DNA of 64,000 bases from Escherichia coli (GTDB lineage: Bacteria; Pseudomonadota; Gammaproteobacteria; Enterobacterales; Enterobacteriaceae): NCBI RefSeq assembly GCF_001677475.2, contig NZ_CP015229.1. One strand, written 5' to 3'. The notes under the pieces were generated by a model, which was given only the letters and a program-made list of their open reading frames with translations, was not told the origin of the DNA and ran no database searches. Positions 13,475 through 23,348 of the stretch are shown here, in pieces. The stretch's first letter is position 1, and each line of letters starts with the position of its first letter. Position numbers and translations under genes: made by a program.

Positions 13475-14473
13475 TTAGCGTTTCGCTTTACTGCTACGCT
13501 GGGTCAGCAAGATATTCGCCAGCACCGCCACCACGATGATGACGCCGCGCACCACCTGCTGGAAAAAGGAGTTAATCCCTAGCAGCACCAGACCGTTACC
13601 GATTAGCGTAATCACCAACACACCAAGCAATGTACCAAACAGGGAACCGCGACCGCCGGAAAGTGCCGTACCACCGACCACGACCGCGGCGATGACGTCA
13701 AACTCCAGACCGTTTGCGGCACCTGCGTTACCGGAACCGAGGCGCGCCGCCAACAAAATGCCGGTCACCGCTGCTAATAATCCCGAAAGGGTAAAAATAA
13801 GAATGCGTACCCGACGAACGTTAATACCGCACAACTGCGCCGCCGTGGCATTACCGCCAACAGCAAAAACCGAGCGCCCGAAGGCGGTTTTGCGGCTAAT
13901 GAACACAAACAGCGCAAATAACACCATCATGATCAGCGCGGATACCGGCACACCGAGAAATTGTCCCCCCAGCCAGTCCAGCACTTCGTTTTCGTCAATC
14001 GGCACTGGCAAGGCGTTCGTCATAAACAGCCCCATTCCGCGCAGGGCGCTCCATAAACCCAGCGTGGCAACAAAACTTGGCACGTTAAACACGCCGCGCA
14101 GCACCCCGGCGAGCGTTCCCATCAGCGCGCCTAACAGCAACACCAGCAGACAAGCAATCGCCAGCGGAACTTCAAATTGCAGCAAAAATGCCAGGCACAC
14201 CGAGACAAAAGCCACCATCGGTCCAACGCTGACATCAATTTCACCGGAGATAATAATCAGCGTCATCGCCCAGGCGGCGATCCCGATGGTGGCGGCATCG
14301 CGCAGCACGTTCATCTGGTTATTCAATGAGATAAAGCCAGGCGCGTTCAGAGAGAAGACCAGATAAAGAATGGCAATCACCACCAGCAAACCGATCTCAT
14401 TAATATGGCGACTGACAAATTGTTTGAGCGAGACGCTCTTGCCCTGCGGCAATGGTAATGACGAAGCAGACAT
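13475..14473 (-). CDS. yphD: Sugar ABC transporter permease YphD
   Basis: 332-aa polytopic ORF, RbsC-like. Confidence 0.88.
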   Translation of the reverse strand: MSASSLPLPQGKSVSLKQFVSRHINEIGLLVVIAILYLVFSLNAPGFISLNNQMNVLRDAATIGIAAWAMTLIIISGEIDVSVGPMVAFVSVCLAFLLQFEVPLAIACLLVLLLGALMGTLAGVLRGVFNVPSFVATLGLWSALRGMGLFMTNALPVPIDENEVLDWLGGQFLGVPVSALIMMVLFALFVFISRKTAFGRSVFAVGGNATAAQLCGINVRRVRILIFTLSGLLAAVTGILLAARLGSGNAGAANGLEFDVIAAVVVGGTALSGGRGSLFGTLLGVLVITLIGNGLVLLGINSFFQQVVRGVIIVVAVLANILLTQRSSKAKR

Positions 14474-14497
14474 CTTCAGGTTCCTCGGTAAAATTCA

Positions 14498-16009
14498 TCA
14501 GTGCACAGACAGAATGGCGGACATCAGCTCATCCACATTGACCGGCGAGTGAAACTCCTGCGAGAACGTACCGTGCTGTAATAACAGGATGCGGTCACAC
14601 ACCAGCGGCAACTCCTCCACTTCACTGGAGATAAACACCACGCTTTTTCCTTCGGCAGCCAGCTCGCGGACAATACGATAAATCTGCTGTTTGGCTTCGA
14701 TATCGACGCCACGCGTTGGCTCGTCGAGCAACAAAATCTGGCTGGCGGCATAGACCCAACGACCGATCACCACTTTTTGCTGATTGCCGCCAGAAAGCGT
14801 GCCGATGGGCGTTTCGCTACTGGCGGCCTTGACCGTCATCCGCTGCATCACCTCTTCGGTCAGGCGGCGGATGGTGGACCATTGCAGCACGCCGTTGGCG
14901 CTGATTTTTTGCCGATTGGTCAGCACTGTATTTTCGTCAACGCCCAGCCAGGGAATGATCCCCGCTTCTTTGCGGTTTTCTGGCGTATAGCCAATGCCGC
15001 GTTTCAGCATGTCGCCGTAATCGGGGTGCGTGATTTTCTCGCCGTTGATAACAATTTCGCCCTGTTCATACGCTTCCAGCCCAACTATGGCTTTCAACAA
15101 TTCACTGCGCCCTGCCCCCAGCAGGCCAGCAATGCCGAGCACTTCGCCACGACGGAGCGTAAAGCTGATATCCTCCAGCTTGGGCTTATGGCGTAATGCA
15201 CGGACTTCCAGCACGGCCTGATCGACAATTTCCTGAGGGGAAACCGGCGCAATATCAACGTGATCGCGCCCGAGCATCAGCGACACAATATGATGCGTGG
15301 AGGTGTTTTCGAGCATCACATCGCCCGCCACCTGACCATCGCGCATAACGGTGGCACAGGAGGCAATGCGGCGAATTTCTTCCATCCGGTGGCTGACATA
15401 AATCACCGCCACGCCCAGTGCCGACATCTTTTTCACCGCACTGATCACCAGTTCAACTTCTGCACTGGCAAGCGAGCTGGTGGGTTCATCAAGAATGACC
15501 ACGCGCGGCTCGCCCTTCATCACCCGTGCAATTTCCACCAGTTGCTTTTGCGCCGGGCTTAGCGTTGAAACAAGTTGTTCAGGACTAACGTCAACGCCCA
15601 GCGCCTGTAAGCAACGTTGGGCATCCTGCGCCATTTGCAGGTAATCAATCATGCCGTTGCGGCGAGGCCACCGACCGAGGCAGAGGTTTTCCGCCACCGT
15701 TAGTCCCTCCACCAGACTTAACTCCTGATAAACCGCACGAACCCCCAGTTCAGCGGCACGGCGAGTCAACGTAGCTTCGTCACCTTCCAGTCGCGTCTCG
15801 CCAATCCAGATATCACCGCTGTCCGGACGTTCGCTACCGGTAAGCATTCGAATGAGGGTCGATTTGCCCGCGCCGTTTTTACCTAACAGCGCGCGAACTT
15901 CGCCTTTATTGAGCGTAAAGTTAACGTTATCCAGCGCAACGACGCCGGGATAACGCTTATTTCCTGCCACCATTTTTGCTACCGGGACTGCCTCTGTTGC
16001 CGTGAACAT
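14498..16009 (-). CDS. yphE: Sugar ABC transporter ATP-binding protein YphE (duplicated NBD)
   Basis: 503 aa; Walker A GKNGAGKST and signature LSGGNQQK. Confidence 0.9.
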   Translation of the reverse strand: MFTATEAVPVAKMVAGNKRYPGVVALDNVNFTLNKGEVRALLGKNGAGKSTLIRMLTGSERPDSGDIWIGETRLEGDEATLTRRAAELGVRAVYQELSLVEGLTVAENLCLGRWPRRNGMIDYLQMAQDAQRCLQALGVDVSPEQLVSTLSPAQKQLVEIARVMKGEPRVVILDEPTSSLASAEVELVISAVKKMSALGVAVIYVSHRMEEIRRIASCATVMRDGQVAGDVMLENTSTHHIVSLMLGRDHVDIAPVSPQEIVDQAVLEVRALRHKPKLEDISFTLRRGEVLGIAGLLGAGRSELLKAIVGLEAYEQGEIVINGEKITHPDYGDMLKRGIGYTPENRKEAGIIPWLGVDENTVLTNRQKISANGVLQWSTIRRLTEEVMQRMTVKAASSETPIGTLSGGNQQKVVIGRWVYAASQILLLDEPTRGVDIEAKQQIYRIVRELAAEGKSVVFISSEVEELPLVCDRILLLQHGTFSQEFHSPVNVDELMSAILSVH

Positions 16010-16031
16010 AGGAACCTCTGCGAATCAGCTA

Positions 16032-17015
16032 TTAGGGCAGACCATCAACGTGCGTTGCCAGCCACTGTTTACCGTCTTCCGTTTTGGTATAGAGATCGAT
16101 AGGCACCTGAATCACTTTGTCACCGTCGGCTTGTTTATTGATAACCTTCAATGTTTGCGCAAAAACAGCATTGCCCATTTTCTTACCGGAAATATCCACC
16201 ACCGCTTTCAGCACCTGGTTATTTTCCAGTTCCTGAGCAATTTCAGTCGTCATATCCGAACCGAAAACAGCAATTTTTCCGGCCTGATTTTGATTGCGTA
16301 CCGCTTTTACCGCGCCGAGTGTCGCACCGCCCGATTCCCCCATAATGGCGTTGAGATCCGGCGTGGAGATAATCAGTTTTTCACCAACGGAAATCGCTTT
16401 ATCTAAAACAGTCCCTTCCTGATTAGCGACAATTTGCGCGCCGGGAACCCGGGCTTTTAATACTTCTTCAAACCCTTTACGTCGTTGCACACAAACTTCA
16501 AAGGCTTCGCAATTGATGACGGCAATTTTCGGCTGGTCAATTTTGTTGGCAATAAAATAATCGGCGGCAGCGTTACCCAGTTTTTTACCAAATTCCAGCG
16601 GATCGCCGACCAGATACGCCGAGACATATTTATCGACACCCTTTTGATTAATACAGGTGTTGTAGCAAATCACCGGAATACCCGCTTCACTGGCGCGACG
16701 AACGGTACGGCTACTGCCATTTTCAGACACTGCCGATAAAATAATGGCATTGACATTACGCGCCACAAGGGTATCAACAAAGGTACTTTCTTTCGAAATA
16801 TCGCCCTGGGCGTTAGTTTCTATTAACTGAACCTGTACTGAAGAATCTTTTGCTGCATCCTGAACACCCTGACGCACACCGGCATAATATCCCTGAGTAT
16901 CAAGGTATATTGCACCAATGGTCATTTCTTTATCCGCAGCCCTGGCAAATAGTGCGCTACCTAATAGCGTAGCCATTAATAATAGATTACGGGTTGTTCT
17001 CATTTTTTTAGGCAT
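16032..17015 (-). CDS. yphF: Periplasmic sugar-binding protein YphF
   Basis: 327 aa with N-terminal signal peptide; RbsB-like fold. Confidence 0.88.
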   Translation of the reverse strand: MPKKMRTTRNLLLMATLLGSALFARAADKEMTIGAIYLDTQGYYAGVRQGVQDAAKDSSVQVQLIETNAQGDISKESTFVDTLVARNVNAIILSAVSENGSSRTVRRASEAGIPVICYNTCINQKGVDKYVSAYLVGDPLEFGKKLGNAAADYFIANKIDQPKIAVINCEAFEVCVQRRKGFEEVLKARVPGAQIVANQEGTVLDKAISVGEKLIISTPDLNAIMGESGGATLGAVKAVRNQNQAGKIAVFGSDMTTEIAQELENNQVLKAVVDISGKKMGNAVFAQTLKVINKQADGDKVIQVPIDLYTKTEDGKQWLATHVDGLP

Positions 17016-17111
17016 AGTGTCTCCTGTAGGGTTTTTATTAACAACGGCTTATTCTAATTATTTTGTGATGAGCGGCAGCGCGTGCCGCTCAAATATTACA
17101 GTTAATAGGGT

Positions 17112-20100
17112 TTAGTGAACGGAGTTAAAAATAAAAGGCATCACGGTGGTGAATAATGCCGCTTTCGGCCAGGCCGGATTAATCGCCGTCAATTCAGCGC
17201 GAACAGATTCATATTGCGCAATCTCCCCTAATCCCGCTGCCGCCAGCATCGCCACCATCAGGCATTTTTCTTTATGCTGCTGTTGTAAATCGCCATACAG
17301 CGACAATAAATCAGGTTGTGAAACAGCGAAGAAATCCGCTTCGATACTGGTTTTCGCCATCTCTTGCGCCCACTGTTTCATTTCACTAAACAGTTGCTGT
17401 GCAGTTTGCTTTTCACCCAGCAGTCGCAGCGCCATCCCTTGCCAGAAGAGATAATCAACTGGCTGATCGTTGTAATAACTGTGGATATTGATGGTGCGAT
17501 CGCCGGTCGCCGCCAGGCGTAAACAACGCGTCGCTTCAGTTTCATCGCCCTGCGCGTTGGCGCATATTGCCAGCCAGAACCAGATGTCGTTATCAGTTTG
17601 CCCCGGTAAACGGCCTTCGCTTAAATTCTCCGGATAATGCAGCGCGGCATGAAGCAGTTCACTGGCCTGCTGCGGCTCTCTGGCATCAAGATGCTGCCAG
17701 GCGCGTAATAACTGGTTGAGGATAAACTGGCTGGTGACCTTCCCTTCCCCACCTTCCCACGGGTGGAATTTGCGCGTGGCGAGAATGTCCGCCGCTTTGT
17801 TTGCCTGACCGGTGAGATGCCACAAATTGAGCAGTTCTGCGGTCATGTCGTCGCGTTTCAGCGCAATTTCCAGATTATTTTCCAGACGCGCCAGTCGTTT
17901 CTCCGGTGTGGCTCCGCTTAACTTATCCAGCAAATCCCGTTCGAAAAGCAGACGTGCATCCTGCGGCGCAAGCTGATAAGCATTATCAAGATAACGCGCG
18001 GCCAGCTCATAATCGTGTTGCTTATTCCACGCATGGATCGCTAATCCGCGCCAGCCGTCGGCAAACTCCGGCGACATCTCTACGCAACGTTGCCATAAAG
18101 TAATGGCTTTGTTGTAGCTGCGCTTGTTGTAGTAGAAGCAGGCCAGTAAATGACGGGCAAACCAGCACTCTTCAATACTCTCCAGCGCCGCCACTTCTTC
18201 CAGCGTATTCGGGAAACGGACAAACTGTGGGAAGACATCAATGGCTTTTGTGACCAGTTCGCCGCGTTCAGCTTTCGGCAGCAAGCTGGCTTGCAAGTAA
18301 AGCGGCAGCGTGCGCTGGCAGTCCAGTGCGTTCAGCATCTCTGCCGCCAGGGTGGGCATTCCCCAGTTAATCAGTTGCCCGGCGGTCATCAGGGCGTTAA
18401 CGTCGCGTCCCTGACACAGACCGCGCCACTGCGTGAGAGCTGATTCGCTACGACCATCGAACCAGTTCAGCCTCCACAGAGTGGCGTTCAGCGGATAATC
18501 GCGCAGCAGTTTCTCGCGCTGCAAACGCGCGTTGTCCTGACGACCACTTAACACCAGCAGCAGATTATGCAGGCAAAGCACTTCCTGATTGGTTGGGCAG
18601 GCGCGAAGACTTTGTTGGCAAAAATCCAGACCAGCATCGAAGTGACCATTACGCGCCGCCAGTCGTGCCAGACCATAATAGCCGCCTGCTTTACTATTGC
18701 CGCTCCAGACCGCACGCCAGAAATCCTCTTCGGCTTGTTGATATTGTCCCTGACGTTCGTAAGCACTGGCGCGAATCAAACTCGCCTGTCCGCACTGCGG
18801 ATTTTTGTTCAGCGCATGTGCGCGTTTCAGCGCCTGAGTGGCATACGCCACCGCTTGCGGGAAATCTGCGCGGTTATATTCCAGCATCGCCAGCGCCAGA
18901 TTACAGCGATAATCCAGCGGATCCAGCGCCACGCCGCGCAGGTAGTAATCGAACGGTGAACGGCTGGCGTGATGATATTGCTCCAGATGCTGACCGATAA
19001 ACCAGGCTTCATCTGTACTGGTAATGTCTTGTGCTGCCAGTGGCGCTTTGGCGACGTCCGGCAACGGCAACTCTTGCGGCTGATGTTCCTGATAACTCAG
19101 TACAATATTGCCATCCGCATCGGAAAGTTCGATGGTCATTCTGTCCGGATCAATACCGTGCAATACCCCCTGGATGGCGGTCGCTGGCGTCAGGGCAACG
19201 GCATCATCAAGTAACGCTTCGCGCTTGCCTATTTCACGGATCGCCAGTCGGTATCCGTTCAACGGGGAGATGGCATACAGCCCCCACTCAATTCCCCGCT
19301 CGCTACGCTGTAATTTAATTACCGCATCGCGGGAGGCGTTTTGCACCATGCCTAAAGAATGGTAAGGCAGGAAATACTGCTCAAAACCCTTCTCTTCGTA
19401 AGCATCAAGCCAGGTAAAATCGGGCTGGTTATCGGCAAAAATGCCGGTCATCAGCTCGATATACGGACCGTTATTGTCGGTCAGACTCTTATCCCACGCC
19501 TGGCCAAATTCACTGTGTCCCCAGCTCCACTGTTTTTTACCCGGCGCAATGTGGTGGTTGGCAACGTGTAATAAACCGCCATCTTCATCGTGACACCACG
19601 CGCCAACAAAATCGTACTGCGATTTTTCTGCCATATATGAGGTAGGAACAGGCACGTTTTTATAACGCGAAATGTCCACTCCAGCGGAGTAGTCCACTTT
19701 GTAGTAAGTGCCGGTGGCGATGGGGAAAGCGGAGACGGCCCGTTTGCCGTGATCAAAGACCGCCGTTACATCCGGTGGGAACACGCTTTGATGTCCTTCA
19801 CCCCCTTTCACTGCCGGGTTGGCCCACCACAAGAAATGACGCGGCGTGGCGTTGCCGTTATAGACGCGGCTGGCAATTTCCAGTGCCGCCCGGTCAGGGC
19901 GCAAGGTGAAACCTGTCATCACCTGTAAACCGTGCATCGGCTCCGTTTCGCCGACCCACACGGTTTGTGCGCCGTCTTCATGGGCTTCGAGGGTGAAATC
20001 GACGGGCATAAAGGTGGTCGGGCGATGGTGTTGCGGCCAGTTAAACTCAATCCCGCCGGAGATCCACGGCCCCAGCAGCCCCACCAGCGCCGGTTTAATG

Positions 20101-20393
20101 ACTTCATTATGATAGACAAAATCGCGCTGTTTCACTTTATCCCACGCGCGATGCACCCGACCGCCCAGCTCCGGCAGGATCATCACTTTGATGTAGTCGT
20201 TTTCCAGCCACACCGCCTGCCAGGATTTCAGGGTTTTCTGCTCGCTCAGCGTATCGGTCACGCCGTAGGGATAAACCGCGCCGGACGATCCCTGATAAAC
20301 GCGATTTTCCAGGAACATAGGATGTATATCCTGCGGCCCGGTTTCATAGGTCGGGATCTCAACGCGCTCTTGCCACACTTTTACTGGAGTCAT
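17112..20393 (-). CDS. yphG: Large TPR-repeat protein YphG, function unknown
   Basis: ORF 17112..20486 (1124 aa) trimmed to MTPVKVWQ... (1093 aa); multiple TPR-like repeats in the C-terminal two-thirds. Confidence 0.8.
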   Translation of the reverse strand: MTPVKVWQERVEIPTYETGPQDIHPMFLENRVYQGSSGAVYPYGVTDTLSEQKTLKSWQAVWLENDYIKVMILPELGGRVHRAWDKVKQRDFVYHNEVIKPALVGLLGPWISGGIEFNWPQHHRPTTFMPVDFTLEAHEDGAQTVWVGETEPMHGLQVMTGFTLRPDRAALEIASRVYNGNATPRHFLWWANPAVKGGEGHQSVFPPDVTAVFDHGKRAVSAFPIATGTYYKVDYSAGVDISRYKNVPVPTSYMAEKSQYDFVGAWCHDEDGGLLHVANHHIAPGKKQWSWGHSEFGQAWDKSLTDNNGPYIELMTGIFADNQPDFTWLDAYEEKGFEQYFLPYHSLGMVQNASRDAVIKLQRSERGIEWGLYAISPLNGYRLAIREIGKREALLDDAVALTPATAIQGVLHGIDPDRMTIELSDADGNIVLSYQEHQPQELPLPDVAKAPLAAQDITSTDEAWFIGQHLEQYHHASRSPFDYYLRGVALDPLDYRCNLALAMLEYNRADFPQAVAYATQALKRAHALNKNPQCGQASLIRASAYERQGQYQQAEEDFWRAVWSGNSKAGGYYGLARLAARNGHFDAGLDFCQQSLRACPTNQEVLCLHNLLLVLSGRQDNARLQREKLLRDYPLNATLWRLNWFDGRSESALTQWRGLCQGRDVNALMTAGQLINWGMPTLAAEMLNALDCQRTLPLYLQASLLPKAERGELVTKAIDVFPQFVRFPNTLEEVAALESIEECWFARHLLACFYYNKRSYNKAITLWQRCVEMSPEFADGWRGLAIHAWNKQHDYELAARYLDNAYQLAPQDARLLFERDLLDKLSGATPEKRLARLENNLEIALKRDDMTAELLNLWHLTGQANKAADILATRKFHPWEGGEGKVTSQFILNQLLRAWQHLDAREPQQASELLHAALHYPENLSEGRLPGQTDNDIWFWLAICANAQGDETEATRCLRLAATGDRTINIHSYYNDQPVDYLFWQGMALRLLGEKQTAQQLFSEMKQWAQEMAKTSIEADFFAVSQPDLLSLYGDLQQQHKEKCLMVAMLAAAGLGEIAQYESVRAELTAINPAWPKAALFTTVMPFIFNSVH

Positions 20394-20510
20394 GGTGCCC
20401 TCAATATTAACAAGACATACTGAATTAAAAGATTTGTGGCAGTGTATTGAACAATCTGGCAATGTTTTCGCGGAATAATCACGCAATTAACTAAACAAGG
20501 TTTAGTAAAG

Positions 20511-21704
20511 ATGAGAGCCTGCATTAACAATCAACAGATCCGCCACCATAACAAATGCGTGATTCTGGAACTGCTGTACCGGCAAAAGCGCGCCAATAAA
20601 TCAACGCTGGCCCGGCTGGCGCAAATTTCGATTCCGGCGGTCAGTAATATTTTGCAGGAGCTGGAAAACGAAAAACGGGTGGTGAATATCGATGATGAAA
20701 GCCAGACGCGCGGGCATAGTAGCGGTACATGGCTGATTGCGCCGGAAGGTGACTGGACGCTGTGTCTGAACGTGACGCCCACCAGTATTGAGTGTCAGGT
20801 TGCTAATGCTTGTTTAAGTCCGAAAGGTGAATTTGAGTATTTACAGATTGATGCACCGACGCCGCAGGCGCTGCTGTCCGAAATCGAAAAATGCTGGCAT
20901 CGCCACCGTAAATTGTGGCCGGGTCGTACCATCAATCTGGCGCTGGCAATCCACGGTCAGGTTGATCCAGTGACCGGTGTGTCGCAAACCATGCCGCAAG
21001 CGCCGTGGACAACGCCGGTTGAGGTAAAGTATCTGCTGGAAGAGAAGCTCGGCATTCGGGTGATGGTCGATAATGACTGCGTGATGCTGGCGCTGGCGGA
21101 GAAATGGCAAAATAATTCGCAGGGCCGGGATTTCTGCGTGATCAACGTTGATTACGGCATTGGCTCGTCGTTCGTGATTAACGAGCAAATTTATCGCGGC
21201 AGTTTGTATGGTAGCGGACAGATTGGTCACACCATCGTTAACCCGGATGGCGTCGTCTGCGACTGCGGACGTTATGGCTGCCTGGAAACCGTCGCCTCGT
21301 TAAGCGCATTAAAAAAACAGGCGCGGGTATGGCTAAAATCACAACCGGTTAATACTCAGCTTGATCCTGAAAAACTGACTACCGCGCAGTTAATCGCTGC
21401 CTGGCAGAGTGGAGAACCGTGGATCACCAGTTGGGTTGATCGCTCTGCCAACGCCATTGGTTTGAGTCTGTATAACTTCCTCAACATCCTCAATATTAAT
21501 CAGATTTGGTTGTACGGTCGCAGTTGTGCCTTTGGTGAGCACTGGCTTAATACCATTATTCGCCAGACGGGATTTAACCCGTTCGACCGCGACGAAGGAC
21601 CGAGCGTGAAAGCAACGCAAATTGGCTTCGGGCAATTAAGCCGCGCACAACAGGTGCTGGGGATTGGCTATTTGTATGTTGAGACGCAGTTACGACAGAT
21701 TTGA
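20511..21704 (+). CDS. yphH: ROK/NagC-family transcriptional regulator YphH
   Basis: 397 aa; N-terminal HTH plus ROK sugar-kinase-like domain with CxCGxxGC zinc motif; divergent from yphG. Confidence 0.85.
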   Translation: MRACINNQQIRHHNKCVILELLYRQKRANKSTLARLAQISIPAVSNILQELENEKRVVNIDDESQTRGHSSGTWLIAPEGDWTLCLNVTPTSIECQVANACLSPKGEFEYLQIDAPTPQALLSEIEKCWHRHRKLWPGRTINLALAIHGQVDPVTGVSQTMPQAPWTTPVEVKYLLEEKLGIRVMVDNDCVMLALAEKWQNNSQGRDFCVINVDYGIGSSFVINEQIYRGSLYGSGQIGHTIVNPDGVVCDCGRYGCLETVASLSALKKQARVWLKSQPVNTQLDPEKLTTAQLIAAWQSGEPWITSWVDRSANAIGLSLYNFLNILNINQIWLYGRSCAFGEHWLNTIIRQTGFNPFDRDEGPSVKATQIGFGQLSRAQQVLGIGYLYVETQLRQI

Positions 21705-21720
21705 TGGCGCGATAACGTAG

Positions 21721-21749
21721 AAAGGCTTCCCGAAGGAAGCCTTTTTTCA
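21721..21749 (+). terminator. Rho-independent terminator (yphH; shared 3' region with glyA)
   Basis: AAAGGCTTCC-CGAA-GGAAGCCTTTTTTC hairpin plus T-tract. Confidence 0.65.
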
Positions 21750-21767
21750 ACAGATTAACCGTTTCGC

Positions 21768-23021
21768 TTATGCGTAAACCGGGTAACGTGCGCAGATGTC
21801 GAGAACTTTACCTTTGATACGCTCGATAACGGCTTCATCATTGATGCTGTCCAGCACGTCACACATCCAGCCAGCCAGTTCTTTCGCTTCTGCTTCTTTG
21901 AAGCCGCGACGCGTAATCGCCGGAGTACCCACGCGAATACCGGAGGTCACAAACGGGCTCTTCGGATCGTTCGGTACGCTGTTTTTGTTGACGGTGATGT
22001 TAGCACGGCCCAGAGCGGCGTCTGCTTCTTTACCGGTCAGGTTTTTATCAACCAGATCAACCAGGAACAGGTGGTTATCAGTGCCGCCGGAAACCACTTT
22101 GTAGCCGCGTTCCAGGAACACTTCTACCATCGCTTTAGCGTTTTTAGCGACCTGCTGCTGGTAAGTTTTGAACTCAGGCTCCATCGCTTCTTTCAGAGCA
22201 ACCGCTTTACCGGCGATTACGTGCATCAAAGGACCGCCCTGACCACCAGGGAAAACGGCAGAGTTCAGTTTTTTGTACAGCTCTTCGCTACCACCTTTCG
22301 CCAGGATCAGACCGCCGCGCGGACCCGCCAGGGTTTTGTGAGTGGTGGTAGTAACAACGTGAGCATGAGGAACTGGGTTCGGGTAGACGCCAGCAGCAAC
22401 CAGGCCCGCAACGTGCGCCATATCAACGAACAGGTAAGCACCGATGCTGTCAGCGATTTCACGCATTTTCGCCCAGTCCACCACGCCGGAATATGCAGAG
22501 AAGCCACCGATAATCATTTTCGGTTTGTGTTCTTTGGCTTGTTTTTCCAGATCGGCGTAGTCGATATGACCGGTAGCATCGATACCGTAAGGAACGATGT
22601 TGTACAGTTTACCGGAGAAGTTAACCGGAGAACCGTGAGTCAGGTGACCGCCATGCGCCAGGTTCATACCCAGAACGGTATCACCTGGTTCCAGCAGCGC
22701 GGTGTAGACCGCAAAGTTAGCCTGGGAGCCGGAGTGCGGCTGGACGTTAGCGTAGTCAGCGCCGAACAGTTCTTTCGCACGATCGATCGCCAGTTGTTCA
22801 ACGATATCAACATACTCGCAACCGCCGTAGTAGCGTTTGCCCGGATAACCTTCAGCATATTTGTTGGTCAGCTGAGAACCCTGCGCCTGCATTACGCGCG
22901 GGCTGGTGTAGTTTTCGGAGGCGATCAGTTCGATGTGCTCTTCCTGACGTACTTTTTCCTGCTCCATAGCCTGCCACAGTTCGGCATCATAATCGGCAAT
23001 GTTCATTTCACGCTTTAACAT
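21768..23021 (-). CDS. glyA: Serine hydroxymethyltransferase
   Basis: ORF trimmed to [12 protein letters not shown]... (417 aa); PLP motif [16 protein letters not shown]. Confidence 0.95.
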
Positions 23022-23139
23022 CCGCATCTCCTGACTCAGCTAACAATAAAATTTTTGGCCTTTATAGGCGGTCCTGTTGGACAACGGCGAACAGTATAAC
23101 CGAATCATTGTGCGATAACAGGTCTTGACAAAGGAATTT

Positions 23140-23155
23140 ACGCAAACGATTACCT
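23140..23155. promoter_or_regulatory. PurR-box-like operator in glyA upstream region
   Basis: ACGCAAACGATTACCT resembles the PurR box ACGCAAACGTTTTCNT. Confidence 0.4.
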
Positions 23156-23299
23156 TCAGGCTGCGCAAGGCTTTGGAGAATAAAGAGCTTGCAACCGGAA
23201 ACGGATTTCTTTTCAGGTTTGTGATGCAAATTTTTCACTTCATCACATTCTTTCTGAAAAACACCAAAGAACCATTTACATTGCAGGGCGATTTTTTAT

Positions 23300-23332
23300 A
23301 AGATGCATTTGAGATACATCAATTAAGATGCA
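23300..23332. promoter_or_regulatory. Putative NsrR operator at the hmp promoter
   Basis: AT-rich imperfect inverted repeat AAGATGCATTT...AAGATGCA overlapping the hmp -10 region. Confidence 0.4.
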
Positions 23333-23348
23333 AAAAAAGGAAGACCAT

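Noticed and set aside
13536-14366. 276-aa Pro/Ser/Thr/Ala-rich plus-strand ORF
   Set aside because: Antisense to the yphD permease; the low-complexity translation is a mirror of hydrophobic codons on the other strand.
17146-20423. Multiple 60-160-aa ORFs on the plus strand within 17.1-20.5 kb
   Set aside because: All lie inside and antisense to the 1093-aa yphG frame; none has a plausible RBS or conserved motif.
20394-20486. Upstream in-frame extension of yphG (31 codons, MRDYSAKTLPDCSIHCHKS...)
   Set aside because: No Shine-Dalgarno-like sequence and it would run into the yphH divergent promoter; the shorter ATG at 20393 is favoured, though not proven.
22071-23018. 315-aa plus-strand ORF
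   Set aside because: Antisense shadow ORF inside glyA; composition (F/V/R-rich) is not protein-like.
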